Shown one piece after another: positions 10,205-22,254 of a DNA stretch of 64,000 nt (within the stretch, counting starts at the first letter, position 1; each line of letters begins with the position of its first letter). The notes under the pieces are model-generated. The model made no database searches. It was not told where the DNA came from and saw only the letters and a list, made by a program, of their open reading frames with translations. Source of the DNA: Escherichia phage vB_EcoM_JE01; sequence record PQ471460.1, one strand, 5' to 3'. A program made the position numbers and the translations under genes.

Positions 10205-11220
10205 TAATTGAGGCCTGAGTATAAGGTGACTTATACTTGTAATCTATCTAAACGGGGAAACTCTCTAGTAGACAATCCCGTGCTAAATTGTAGGACCACC
10301 CTTTAATAAATACCTTTATATTTAAAGAGGTATTTATGAAAAGTGGAATTTATCAGATTAAAAATACTTTAAACAATAAAGTATATGTAGGAAGTGCTAA
10401 AGATTTTGAAAAGAGATGGAAGAGGCATTTTAAAGACTTAGAAAAAGGATGCCATTCTTCTATAAAACTTCAAAGGTCTTTTAACAAACACGGTAATGTG
10501 TTTGAATGCTCTATTTTGGAAGAAATTCCATATGAGAAAGATTTGATTATTGAACGAGAAAATTTTTGGATTAAAGAGCTTAATTCTAAAATTAATGGAT
10601 ATAATATTGCTGATGCAACGTTTGGTGATACATATTCTGTGCATCCATTAAAAGAAGAAATTATTAAGAAACGTTCTGAAACTGTTAAAGCTAAGATGCT
10701 TAAGCTTGGAACTGATGGTCGGAAAGCTCTTTACGGTAAACCCGGAAGTAAAAACGGACGATGGAATCCAGAAAAACACAAATTTTGTAAGTGCGGTGTT
10801 CGTATACAAACTTCTGCTTATACTTGTAGTAAATGCAGAAATCGTTCAGGTGAAAATAATTCATTCTTTAATCATAAGCATTCAGACATAACTAAATCTA
10901 AAATATCAGAAAAGATGAAAGGTAAAAAGCCTAGTAATATTAAAAAGATTTCATGTGATGGGGTTATTTTTGAATGTGCAGCTGACGCAGCTAGACATTT
11001 TGAAATTTCATCCGGATTAGTTACTTACCGTGTAAAATCTGATAAGTGGAATTGGTTCTACATAAATGCCTAACGACTATCCCTTTAGGGAGTAGGGTCA
11101 AGTGACTCGAAACGATAGACAACTTGCTTTAACAAGTTGGAGATATAGTCTGCTCTGTATGGTGACATGCAGCTGGATATAATTCCGGGATAAGATTAAC
11201 GACCTTATCTGAACATAATG
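10205..11220 (+). mobile_element. td group I self-splicing intron (1016 nt) carrying the I-TevI ORF
   Basis: Begins taattgaggcctgagtataaggtgac... and ends ...gaacataatg (terminal G) as remembered for the T4 td intron; length equals the T4 value. Confidence 0.85.
10336..11073 (+). CDS. I-TevI GIY-YIG homing endonuclease (intron-encoded)
   Basis: 245 aa; N-terminal GIY-YIG module KSGIYQIKN...KVYVGSAKD; Zn finger CKCGVRIQTSAYTCSKC; inside the td intron. Confidence 0.9.
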   Translation: MKSGIYQIKNTLNNKVYVGSAKDFEKRWKRHFKDLEKGCHSSIKLQRSFNKHGNVFECSILEEIPYEKDLIIERENFWIKELNSKINGYNIADATFGDTYSVHPLKEEIIKKRSETVKAKMLKLGTDGRKALYGKPGSKNGRWNPEKHKFCKCGVRIQTSAYTCSKCRNRSGENNSFFNHKHSDITKSKISEKMKGKKPSNIKKISCDGVIFECAADAARHFEISSGLVTYRVKSDKWNWFYINA

Positions 11221-11532
11221 CTTCCATTCAACATTGCATCATATGCTGCATTAGTTCATATTGTAGCTAAGATGTGTAATCTTATTCCAGGAGATTTGAT
11301 ATTTTCTGGTGGTAATACTCATATCTATATGAATCACGTAGAACAATGTAAAGAAATTTTGCGTCGTGAACCTAAAGAGCTCTGTGAACTGGTAATAGGC
11401 GGATTGCCTTATAAATTCCGCTATCTTTCTACTAAAGAACAATTGGAATACATTCTTAAACTCAGGCCTAAAGATTTCGTTCTCAAAGATTATCAGTCCC
11501 ATGGTGTCTTGAAAGGAAAAATGGCGGTGTAA
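11221..11532 (+). CDS. td: Thymidylate synthase, exon 2
   Basis: LPFNIASYAALVHIVAKMCNLIPGDLIFSGGNTHIYMNHV... continues the TS frame; exons 1+2 total 286 aa. Confidence 0.9.
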   Translation, partial: LPFNIASYAALVHIVAKMCNLIPGDLIFSGGNTHIYMNHVEQCKEILRREPKELCELVIGGLPYKFRYLSTKEQLEYILKLRPKDFVLKDYQSHGVLKGKMAV

Positions 11533-11555
11533 TTTTAATTTAATTGAGAGGATAT

Positions 11556-11819
11556 ATGATTTTACGATTTAAGGATACTTCTGGTGTCGTTCTTTTTACA
11601 CTTCCTAACCCAAGTGAGTTAGAAGTTCCAGGACCAAATCAGCCTATTATCATTTATGGCAAAAAATATTATACTCATAAAATGACCCGTGAGTATTTTG
11701 ATAATAAAATTTCCACAGTTAAAACTTCTTCTGACTGTTATTATGATATTACTGTTTTAACGGAAAAACAATATGACGAATTATCACCGCACGGGCCGTC
11801 TATGCCAGGTAGTGAATAA
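11556..11819 (+). CDS. Small ORF between td and nrdA (nrdA.2-like), function unknown
   Basis: ATG 11556 with GAGAGGA SD (track start 11544 is TTG). Confidence 0.6.
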   Translation: MILRFKDTSGVVLFTLPNPSELEVPGPNQPIIIYGKKYYTHKMTREYFDNKISTVKTSSDCYYDITVLTEKQYDELSPHGPSMPGSE

Positions 11820-12099
11820 ATATAAATCCGACTTTGATGTTAATATTCACCGTGGTACATTTTGGGGAAATTACGTCGGTAAAGATGCTGGCAGCCGGGA
11901 GGCTGCCATTGAATTATTCAAAAAAGATTTTATACGTCGAATTAAATCCGGAGAAATAACTAAAGCACATTTAGAGCCTTTACGTGGAATGAGGCTAGGA
12001 TGCACATGTAAACCAAAGCCGTGTCATGGTGATATAATAGCTCATATAGTTAACCGATTGTTTAAAGACGATTTTCAAGTTGAGGACTTATGCAATTAA
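11773..12099 (+). CDS. Small ORF between td and nrdA (nrdA.1-like), function unknown
   Basis: 108-aa ORF overlapping neighbours; CxC...CHGD motif. Confidence 0.55.
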   Translation: MTNYHRTGRLCQVVNKYKSDFDVNIHRGTFWGNYVGKDAGSREAAIELFKKDFIRRIKSGEITKAHLEPLRGMRLGCTCKPKPCHGDIIAHIVNRLFKDDFQVEDLCN

Positions 12100-14354
12100 T
12101 TAATGTTATCAAAAGTAGTGGTGTTTCTCAGAGCTTTGACCCGCAAAAAATTATTAAAGTTTTATCTTGGGCAGCTGAAGGAACATCTGTAGATCCTTAT
12201 GAATTATATGAAAATATTAAATCATATCTCCGTGATGGAATGACAACTGATGACATTCAGACTATTGTCATTAAGGCTGCTGCGAATTCTATTTCAGTTG
12301 AAGAGCCTGATTATCAATACGTAGCCGCTCGCTGTTTAATGTTTGCTCTTCGTAAGCATGTTTACGGACAATATGAACCACGTTCATTTATTGACCATAT
12401 TTCTTACTGTGTAAATGAAGGTAAATATGACCCTGAACTGCTGTCAAAATATTCAGCAGAAGAAATTACATTTTTAGAATCAAAAATTAAGCACGAGCGG
12501 GATATGGAATTTACTTATTCCGGGGCGATGCAATTAAAAGAAAAATATCTCGTTAAAGATAAAACCACTGGTCAAATTTATGAAACTCCGCAGTTTGCAT
12601 TTATGACTATTGGAATGGCATTGCATCAAGATGAACCCGTTGATAGACTAAAACACGTTATTCGTTTTTATGAAGCAGTATCTACTCGACAGATTTCACT
12701 GCCAACTCCTATTATGGCTGGTTGTCGTACTCCAACTCGGCAGTTTAGTTCATGCGTTGTTATTGAGGCAGGTGATTCGCTGAAGTCTATCAATAAGGCT
12801 TCCGCTTCAATTGTTGAGTATATTTCTAAACGAGCTGGAATTGGCATTAACGTTGGTATGATTCGTGCCGAAGGTTCTAAGATTGGCACAGGTGAAGTGC
12901 GTCATACTGGTGTTATTCCTTTTTGGAAACATTTTCAGACTGCTGTTAAATCATGCTCACAGGGTGGAATTCGTGGCGGCGCTGCTACTGCTTATTATCC
13001 TATTTGGCATTTGGAAGTTGAAAATCTTCTCGTTTTGAAAAATAACAAAGGCGTAGAAGAAAACCGTATTCGTCATATGGATTATGGCGTTCAACTGAAT
13101 GACCTAATGATGGAACGATTCGGAAAGAACGACTACATTACCTTGTTCAGTCCGCATGAAATGGGTGGCGAGCTTTATTATTCTTATTTTAAAGACCAAG
13201 ACCGTTTCCGTGAATTATATGAAGCCGCAGAAAAAGACCCTAATATTCGTAAAAAGCGTATTAAAGCCCGTGAACTGTTTGAATTGCTCATGACTGAACG
13301 ATCAGGAACAGCAAGGATTTATGTACAGTTCATTGATAATACGAATAACTATACTCCATTTATTCGTGAAAAGGCACCTATTCGTCAGAGTAACTTGTGT
13401 TGTGAAATTGCTATTCCAACAAATGATGTGAATAGTCCTGATGCTGAAATTGGATTGTGTACCCTTAGCGCATTCGTGTTGGATAACTTCGATTGGCAAG
13501 ACCAAGATAAAATTAATGAATTAGCAGAAGTTCAAGTTCGCGCTCTTGATAATCTTTTGGATTACCAAGGATATCCAGTTCCTGAAGCAGAAAAAGCTAA
13601 AAAGCGTCGAAATCTTGGTGTAGGTGTTACTAACTATGCAGCTTGGCTGGCAAGTAACTTTGCTTCTTATGAAGATGCTAACGATTTAACACATGAACTA
13701 TTTGAGAGATTACAGTATGGACTCATTAAAGCATCCATTAAGCTCGCCAAAGAAAAAGGACCTTGCGAATATTATTCAGACACTCGTTGGTCTCGAGGCG
13801 AATTACCTATCGACTGGTACAATAAAAAGATTGACCAAATCGCAGCTCCAAAATACGTTTGTGACTGGTCGTCGCTGCGGGAAGACCTTAAGCTCTTTGG
13901 CATCCGTAATAGCACATTATCAGCACTTATGCCATGTGAGTCATCTTCCCAAGTTTCTAACAGTACAAACGGTATCGAGCCTCCACGTGGACCAGTCTCT
14001 GTTAAAGAATCAAAAGAGGGTTCCTTTAATCAAGTCGTGCCCAATATTGAGCATAACATAGACCTCTATGATTATACGTGGAAATTAGCTAAGAAAGGCA
14101 ATAAACCTTATCTTACGCAGGTAGCTATTATGCTGAAATGGGTATGTCAATCAGCTTCAGCGAATACATATTATGACCCGCAGATTTTTCCAAAAGGAAA
14201 GGTTCCAATGTCTGTAATGATTGATGACCTTTTGTACTTTTGGTATTTTGGCGGAAAAAATTTCTATTATCATAATACCCGCGACGGTTCTGGTACTGAT
14301 GATTATGAAATAGAAACTCCAAAAGCTGAAGATTGTTCATCCTGTAAATTATGA
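12090..14354 (+). CDS. nrdA: Aerobic ribonucleotide reductase large subunit
   Basis: 754 aa; ATP-cone N-terminus and catalytic region (CEIAIP, C-terminal CSSCKL); matches T4 NrdA length. Confidence 0.95.
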   Translation: MQLINVIKSSGVSQSFDPQKIIKVLSWAAEGTSVDPYELYENIKSYLRDGMTTDDIQTIVIKAAANSISVEEPDYQYVAARCLMFALRKHVYGQYEPRSFIDHISYCVNEGKYDPELLSKYSAEEITFLESKIKHERDMEFTYSGAMQLKEKYLVKDKTTGQIYETPQFAFMTIGMALHQDEPVDRLKHVIRFYEAVSTRQISLPTPIMAGCRTPTRQFSSCVVIEAGDSLKSINKASASIVEYISKRAGIGINVGMIRAEGSKIGTGEVRHTGVIPFWKHFQTAVKSCSQGGIRGGAATAYYPIWHLEVENLLVLKNNKGVEENRIRHMDYGVQLNDLMMERFGKNDYITLFSPHEMGGELYYSYFKDQDRFRELYEAAEKDPNIRKKRIKARELFELLMTERSGTARIYVQFIDNTNNYTPFIREKAPIRQSNLCCEIAIPTNDVNSPDAEIGLCTLSAFVLDNFDWQDQDKINELAEVQVRALDNLLDYQGYPVPEAEKAKKRRNLGVGVTNYAAWLASNFASYEDANDLTHELFERLQYGLIKASIKLAKEKGPCEYYSDTRWSRGELPIDWYNKKIDQIAAPKYVCDWSSLREDLKLFGIRNSTLSALMPCESSSQVSNSTNGIEPPRGPVSVKESKEGSFNQVVPNIEHNIDLYDYTWKLAKKGNKPYLTQVAIMLKWVCQSASANTYYDPQIFPKGKVPMSVMIDDLLYFWYFGGKNFYYHNTRDGSGTDDYEIETPKAEDCSSCKL

Positions 14355-14405
14355 TATAATTTGACTCACGGACGAGTCACTATCTATTAACTAAGCGGAA
14401 AATTT

Positions 14406-15584
14406 ATGAGCACAGTTTTTAATACAAACCCAGTTGATGTTTTAAAAGAACCTATGTTCTTCGGTTCAGGTCTTGGTATTGCGCGTTATGATATTCAACG
14501 TCATAAAGTTTTTGAAGATTTAACCGAAAAGCAGTTGTCATTTTTCTGGCGTCCTGAAGAAGTAAACTTAATGATGGATGCTGCACAATTTAACAAGCTT
14601 CCTCAATATCAGCAAGATATTTTTACTAATAATCTGAAGTATCAATCACTTCTAGATAGCATTCAGGGTCGTGCGCCATCTGCTGTACTTATGTCATTAA
14701 TTTCAGACCCAAGTCTTGATACATGGGTTGCTACATGGACTTTTAGTGAAACTATTCACAGTCGTTCATATACTCATATCATGCGAAATCTTTATACTGA
14801 TCCATCGAAGGTATTTGATGAGATTGTACTAGATGAAGCTATCATGAAACGTGCTGAATCTATCGGTCGCTATTATGATGATGTTCTGACTAAAACCCGT
14901 GAATGGGAAAATGCTAAAGAATTTACAGAACTAGCTAAAGAATCTCCTGATGCTGTTTTTCGTTTAAATCGAGCTATTAAACAAGAAGCCGAAGCTAAAC
15001 GAGCACTAATGAAATCTCTTTACCTCTGTTTGCACGTTATTAATGCCTTAGAAGCTATTCGTTTTTATGTATCTTTTGCATGTACCTTTAACTTCCATAA
15101 GAACATGGAAATCATGGAAGGTAATGCCAAGATTATGAAGTTCATTGCACGTGATGAGCAGCTTCACCTTAAAGGCACACAATATATTATTCGTCAACTT
15201 CAATCCGGTACTGATGGCGATGAATGGGTTAAAATTGCTCAAGAGTGTGAACAAGAAGCAGTTGATATTTTCATGGAAGTTAACCGCCAAGAAAAAGATT
15301 GGGCAGTTCATTTATTTAAAGATGGCGATGTTCCTGGATTAAATACAAATAGCATGTGGAGCTTTATTGATTACTTAACTGTATCTCGTATGAAACAGTG
15401 CGGTCTTCCATGCCCAATTACCGATGCTCCGGTTAAACATCCATATCCTTGGATTCGTGAATATCTTAATTCTGATAATGTTCAATCCGCGCCACAAGAA
15501 GTAGAACTGTCATCTTACCTTGTTGCACAGATTGATAATGATGTTGATGATAAAGTTATGATGAGTTTTAAAAAATACTTTTAA
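14406..15584 (+). CDS. nrdB: Aerobic ribonucleotide reductase small subunit (continuous, no intron)
   Basis: 392-aa uninterrupted ORF with di-iron/tyrosyl-radical R2 features. Confidence 0.9.
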   Translation: MSTVFNTNPVDVLKEPMFFGSGLGIARYDIQRHKVFEDLTEKQLSFFWRPEEVNLMMDAAQFNKLPQYQQDIFTNNLKYQSLLDSIQGRAPSAVLMSLISDPSLDTWVATWTFSETIHSRSYTHIMRNLYTDPSKVFDEIVLDEAIMKRAESIGRYYDDVLTKTREWENAKEFTELAKESPDAVFRLNRAIKQEAEAKRALMKSLYLCLHVINALEAIRFYVSFACTFNFHKNMEIMEGNAKIMKFIARDEQLHLKGTQYIIRQLQSGTDGDEWVKIAQECEQEAVDIFMEVNRQEKDWAVHLFKDGDVPGLNTNSMWSFIDYLTVSRMKQCGLPCPITDAPVKHPYPWIREYLNSDNVQSAPQEVELSSYLVAQIDNDVDDKVMMSFKKYF

Positions 15585-15587
15585 GGA

Positions 15588-15607
15588 GTGGGCCGCAAGG
15601 CCCATTT
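15588..15607 (+). terminator. Stem-loop with GCAA tetraloop and T-run between nrdB and denA; sits between the denA SD and ATG
   Basis: tgggccgcaaggccca followed by tttt; AAGGAG SD at 15584..15589 lies about 22 nt from the denA ATG unless the hairpin forms. Confidence 0.55.
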
Positions 15608-15611
15608 TATT

Positions 15612-17199
<1,588 letters not shown>

Positions 17200-17202
17200 G
17201 CT

Positions 17203-17256
17203 GTTTACAAGTCCCTCGTGTTGTGTTATAGTAGACTTACTGACATAACATGAGGA
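17203..17256 (+). repeat. Copy A of a ~54-bp repeat containing an early promoter (GTTTAC...TATAGT) and SD, upstream of alc
   Basis: gtttacaagtccctcgtgttgtgttatagta[gac]ttactgacataacatgagga; near-identical copy at 32896..32949. Confidence 0.8.
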
Positions 17257-17260
17257 CTTT

Positions 17261-17767
17261 ATGATGGATTTACAGCTTATTACTACTGAAATGGTCGTTG
17301 AAGCATATGGTGATACTACAGATGGGATTTCTGTATTTAAAGGAAATCGTCGAGTTGGATATATCACCGATCTTAAGAAAGATTTAGCTAAGCAAGTCAA
17401 GCGGAAAACGACCATTAAAGAATATCGAAATCGTCGTCTTGAGCAAGCCCGTGATATGCTTCCTGATGCGGTTGAGGAGATGAAAGTCTTTTTAGAAAAT
17501 CAGCTTGCGAAATATGATTGTGATGTGTTCATTAATCAGACTCAACCTAATGTTCATATCAATAATTGTAAATGCTACATCATCGTTAATCCTTTGACGG
17601 GAAAACATCGTCTTGGAATTAGTAATCCAAATCGTAGTGCATCAGATATGGCAGAAGATGTTGAGGCATGCTTTAAAATTTCTAAATCTCCGGCTGAACA
17701 TCATATTTTAATTAACGGTCTTTCTCAAGACGATATTGTAGAGGTTATTAAAACTTTATGCAATTAA
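17261..17767 (+). CDS. alc: Alc, inhibitor of host transcription elongation
   Basis: 168-aa ORF immediately after rnlA, as in T4 (Alc 167 aa). Confidence 0.8.
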   Translation: MMDLQLITTEMVVEAYGDTTDGISVFKGNRRVGYITDLKKDLAKQVKRKTTIKEYRNRRLEQARDMLPDAVEEMKVFLENQLAKYDCDVFINQTQPNVHINNCKCYIIVNPLTGKHRLGISNPNRSASDMAEDVEACFKISKSPAEHHILINGLSQDDIVEVIKTLCN

Positions 17768-18111
17768 GTAATACGACAGCAGGTTTGTTATTAATTGTAA
17801 TTGCATTGGGCGGAACTTCTTTAATTTTAAAAAATAAAATTGAAAGATTAGAAACGTCTGTTGTAGAAATTACAAAAACGGCCAATGAAAACGCTTTAGC
17901 ATTAGATAATTTGCGAATTCAGTATAATTATATTGATGCGATGAATAATAAAAATCGTGAGGCAATTGCTGCTATTGAGCGTGAAAATGAAAAACTGCGC
18001 AAAGACGCAAAGAAGGCGGATGTGGTGGCTCATAAGCCAGGATTGGTTGAAAAACAAATCAACAACTCCTTCAACAAGTTCGCAGAAGACATCCAGGACC
18101 TTTCTAAATGA
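17758..18111 (+). CDS. Predicted membrane-anchored coiled-coil protein (117 aa)
   Basis: N-terminal hydrophobic segment TAGLLLIVIALGGTSLIL, then charged helical region. Confidence 0.55.
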   Translation: MQLSNTTAGLLLIVIALGGTSLILKNKIERLETSVVEITKTANENALALDNLRIQYNYIDAMNNKNREAIAAIERENEKLRKDAKKADVVAHKPGLVEKQINNSFNKFAEDIQDLSK

Positions 18112-18407
18112 TTAAACTATCGGCAGTAATATTATCTATTGGTCTTCTAGTTGGTTGTTCGACAAAGCCTCTAGAAGTAAAGAAAGAAACAGTTCATCCT
18201 AATTGGCCTGTGCAAATAAAGTCATATGACGAAGCTAAACTATCTTGGCAAGTTAAAGTTATTGATGGTAAAGCTTGGGTCGGTATGCCATTTGAAGATT
18301 CCCAGGAATTTCGCATTTGGCTTAATGATGTAAAACGATATGTACATGACCAGAAAACTATGATATGTTATTATCGTCAAGAGCTAAAAGAGGATAAATG
18401 TAAATGA
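18108..18407 (+). CDS. Predicted lipoprotein (99 aa)
   Basis: Signal peptide MIKLSAVILSIGLLVGC with lipobox LVGC. Confidence 0.55.
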   Translation: MIKLSAVILSIGLLVGCSTKPLEVKKETVHPNWPVQIKSYDEAKLSWQVKVIDGKAWVGMPFEDSQEFRIWLNDVKRYVHDQKTMICYYRQELKEDKCK

Positions 18408-18630
18408 TTTCATGGCATCAATTTGAACATCTCAAAGGATTGATTTATGAATCCGAGATGGCTGCAATGATTTATGGACGCCAGATTCAACGATTAGAAT
18501 CTTTGCCTCCAACTAATGATGTTTTATTAGCTCAATCACGCGCTAATCTTAAAAATGAATACCAAAATAAGTGGGGTAAAGCATCTAAAGACCTGCATGA
18601 TTATATTCAATCATTGGTTGAGAAAAATAA

Positions 18631-18634
<4 letters not shown>
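18404..18634 (+). CDS. Small early ORF (76 aa), function unknown
   Basis: ATG overlapping previous stop. Confidence 0.5.
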
Positions 18635-19852
<1,218 letters not shown>

Positions 19853-19853
<1 letters not shown>

Positions 19854-20050
19854 TGGCTTTGCATCATGAAACTTGGGCTATTGTTATTGTAAATAGCGGT
19901 TTAGTTGGTACTAGTAATGGGCAATTTTGTGTATTCACTAGTGAAATTAGAGCTTGGGAGGAATGTCTTAAATTAAGAGAAAAGAATCCTGATGTTGAAC
20001 TAACAGTAAAGAAAACTAAACTGCCTTTACCATGGAAAACTTATGAATAA
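19853..20050 (+). CDS. Small early ORF (65 aa), function unknown
   Basis: Translationally coupled ORF in pseT-cd interval. Confidence 0.5.
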
Positions 20051-20243
20051 CATAGAAAAGATTTATCGACTTTGTGATAAAATTGAAAAAGAAAAGAAAT
20101 ATCTATTTTGTTTATGGCCTATTGTTGATGGAAGAGTAGGCTTAGATGTTCTTGATTATGAAACAGAAGACAAAGTAGATGGTTCAGTTTTTGATAACGC
20201 TTTGGATGTTATTGATTGGCTTGAAGAAAATTATGTGAGGTAA
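20043..20243 (+). CDS. Small early ORF (66 aa), function unknown
   Basis: Overlaps neighbours. Confidence 0.5.
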   Translation: MNNIEKIYRLCDKIEKEKKYLFCLWPIVDGRVGLDVLDYETEDKVDGSVFDNALDVIDWLEENYVR

Positions 20244-20245
20244 AT

Positions 20246-20521
20246 ATGTTTCCGACTTATTCTAAAATCGTAGAAGTAGTGTTTAGCCAAATTATCGCTA
20301 ATAATATGTTTGAAAAGCTTGATACCGCAGCTGAGCTTCGAATCCACGCTCAAGTGACTCATGTATTGAACGCTTTGCTTCCAGACCAAGTGGATTCTAT
20401 TGCAATTACGCTGTATCCAGGTTCCGCGCATATCATTGTCGTATTTGGTCTTGATGCTGAGTTAGTTATCAAGGGCGATATTCGCTTTGAATCACAGACA
20501 TCAGAATTCAAAGCAATTTAA
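20246..20521 (+). CDS. Small early ORF (91 aa), function unknown
   Basis: ATG 3 nt after previous stop. Confidence 0.5.
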   Translation: MFPTYSKIVEVVFSQIIANNMFEKLDTAAELRIHAQVTHVLNALLPDQVDSIAITLYPGSAHIIVVFGLDAELVIKGDIRFESQTSEFKAI

Positions 20522-20523
20522 CA

Positions 20524-20553
20524 GTTTACTTTACGATAGAGTTGTGATATTAT
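20524..20553 (+). promoter_or_regulatory. Early promoter (GTTTAC -35, TATTAT -10)
   Basis: gtttac 20524..20529; tattat 20548..20553; inverted repeat tagag/ctcta brackets the -10. Confidence 0.4.
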
Positions 20554-20583
20554 AGCTCTACCAAAACAAATGAGGAAATTGAA

Positions 20584-21111
20584 ATGAGCGAATGGTTTGA
20601 AGAAGGTAAGGTTTATCGCTTTAAAGCTGGATATAAAGATATTTTTAATGAAACTTGCGGGGCTAATAAACGAATTGCCCAGTTTATTGGGGAAAATTCA
20701 TTTAAAGTAAAAATAGATCCTGCGAAAAATGTTATTAGCATTAAACGCGAAATTGATGATTGTTGGTATAAAGCTGTTGATGTAATGGGTGAATCCTATA
20801 AAGTTAGCCCGTTATTTTCAATTGCCTATATGTTAGAATATTCTTTTTTCGAAGAAGTTCAAAAAGATGATTCTGTCAGTAAATTTGAAATTAAAGCTGA
20901 TAAAGAAATTAAGTGGAAAGTAGTAGGTATTACTGGTTGTATGTTCTATATCTATGCTCAAACTGATACGAAGGAAGAAGCTAAACAGAAAGCTCTAGAA
21001 TATCTTGAAGAGTATGAAGAAGGTCCGGTAATGATTACTCAAGATGCTGAATTAGTTTCTGTCAAATTAGTTAAAAACGTTGAAAGTAAGGAGCTAGGAT
21101 CAACATGCTAA
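20584..21111 (+). CDS. Hypothetical protein (175 aa)
   Basis: ORF with GAGGA SD. Confidence 0.55.
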   Translation: MSEWFEEGKVYRFKAGYKDIFNETCGANKRIAQFIGENSFKVKIDPAKNVISIKREIDDCWYKAVDVMGESYKVSPLFSIAYMLEYSFFEEVQKDDSVSKFEIKADKEIKWKVVGITGCMFYIYAQTDTKEEAKQKALEYLEEYEEGPVMITQDAELVSVKLVKNVESKELGSTC

Positions 21112-21341
21112 GTGAAAAACCAATTACTGTTAAAGAATTCCAAGAAAAAGTTAAACTATTTGCTCAAGAATTGGTAAATAAGGTTTCTGAACGATTTCCT
21201 GAAACGTCGGTTCGTGTTATTACCGAAACTCCTCGTTCAGTATTAGTAATTGTGAATCCAGGTGATGGTGACCAAATAACACATCTTAAACTGGATTTTG
21301 ATGGATTAGTTGAAGCACAAAGGGTGTATGGCGTACTATGA
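21105..21341 (+). CDS. Small early ORF (78 aa), function unknown
   Basis: Overlapping start/stop with neighbours. Confidence 0.5.
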   Translation: MLSEKPITVKEFQEKVKLFAQELVNKVSERFPETSVRVITETPRSVLVIVNPGDGDQITHLKLDFDGLVEAQRVYGVL

Positions 21342-21676
21342 TGAATTTAACTGATATAATTGATAATTGTCTTGAAAATGATACTGGCGATCATAGAGCG
21401 CTTGATTCTGAAACAGCTCAGTTCATTAGAATAACTTTAATGAACGATACTCTAGTGAATAGTATTCATCCTTCTGTGTATGATGCTATTATTGTGACGA
21501 AGTACCCAGTTGAGCTTCACAAAAAGATGGCTGGTGCAATTTTTATTGATAAGAAAAACCGCTTTAAAGACGGGCAGAATATAATTAGTTCTGTTATTAA
21601 AAGTATAACTAAACTTCGTCACGAAATTTATCGTGTTGAAACTGCTAAATCTGCTTATCTGGTGATTATGAAATGA
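21338..21676 (+). CDS. Small early ORF (112 aa), function unknown
   Basis: ATGA overlap with cd. Confidence 0.5.
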   Translation: MMNLTDIIDNCLENDTGDHRALDSETAQFIRITLMNDTLVNSIHPSVYDAIIVTKYPVELHKKMAGAIFIDKKNRFKDGQNIISSVIKSITKLRHEIYRVETAKSAYLVIMK

Positions 21677-22254
21677 AAGCGAGTACAGTACTTCAAATTG
21701 CATATTTAGTATCACAAGAATCCAAATGTTGCTCCTGGAAGGTAGGAGCGGTAATTGAAAAGAATGGACGTATTATTTCTACTGGATATAACGGTTCTCC
21801 GGCAGGTGGTGTGAATTGTTGTGATTATGCTGCCGAGCAAGGTTGGTTGCTGAATAAGCCTAAATATACTATCATTCAAGGTCATAAGCCTGAATGCGTA
21901 TCGTTTGGTTCAACTGACCGTTTTGTTTTGGCGAAAGAACACCGCAGCGCTCACTCTGAATGGTCGTCTAAAAATGAAATTCATGCTGAACTAAATGCGA
22001 TTTTGTTTGCTGCACGAAATGGTTCTTCAATTGAAGGTGCTACTATGTATGTAACACTTTCTCCTTGCCCAGATTGCGCAAAAGCGATAGCTCAATCTGG
22101 AATTAAAAAGTTGGTTTATTGTGAAACATACGATAAAAATAAACCTGGCTGGGATGATATTCTGCGAAATGCGGGTATTGAAGTGTTTAATGTTCCTAAG
22201 AAAAACTTGAATAAGTTAAACTGGGAAAATATCAACGAATTCTGTGGTGAATAA
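21673..22254 (+). CDS. cd: dCMP deaminase
   Basis: 193 aa; zinc-binding HAE (HAELNAI) and PCxxC (SPCPDCAKAI) motifs. Confidence 0.9.
   Translation: MKASTVLQIAYLVSQESKCCSWKVGAVIEKNGRIISTGYNGSPAGGVNCCDYAAEQGWLLNKPKYTIIQGHKPECVSFGSTDRFVLAKEHRSAHSEWSSKNEIHAELNAILFAARNGSSIEGATMYVTLSPCPDCAKAIAQSGIKKLVYCETYDKNKPGWDDILRNAGIEVFNVPKKNLNKLNWENINEFCGE

Noticed and set aside
14355-14405. Search for an nrdB intron or an endonuclease gene between nrdA and nrdB
   Set aside because: nrdB is a single continuous ORF and the nrdA-nrdB spacer is only 51 bp; nothing is encoded there.
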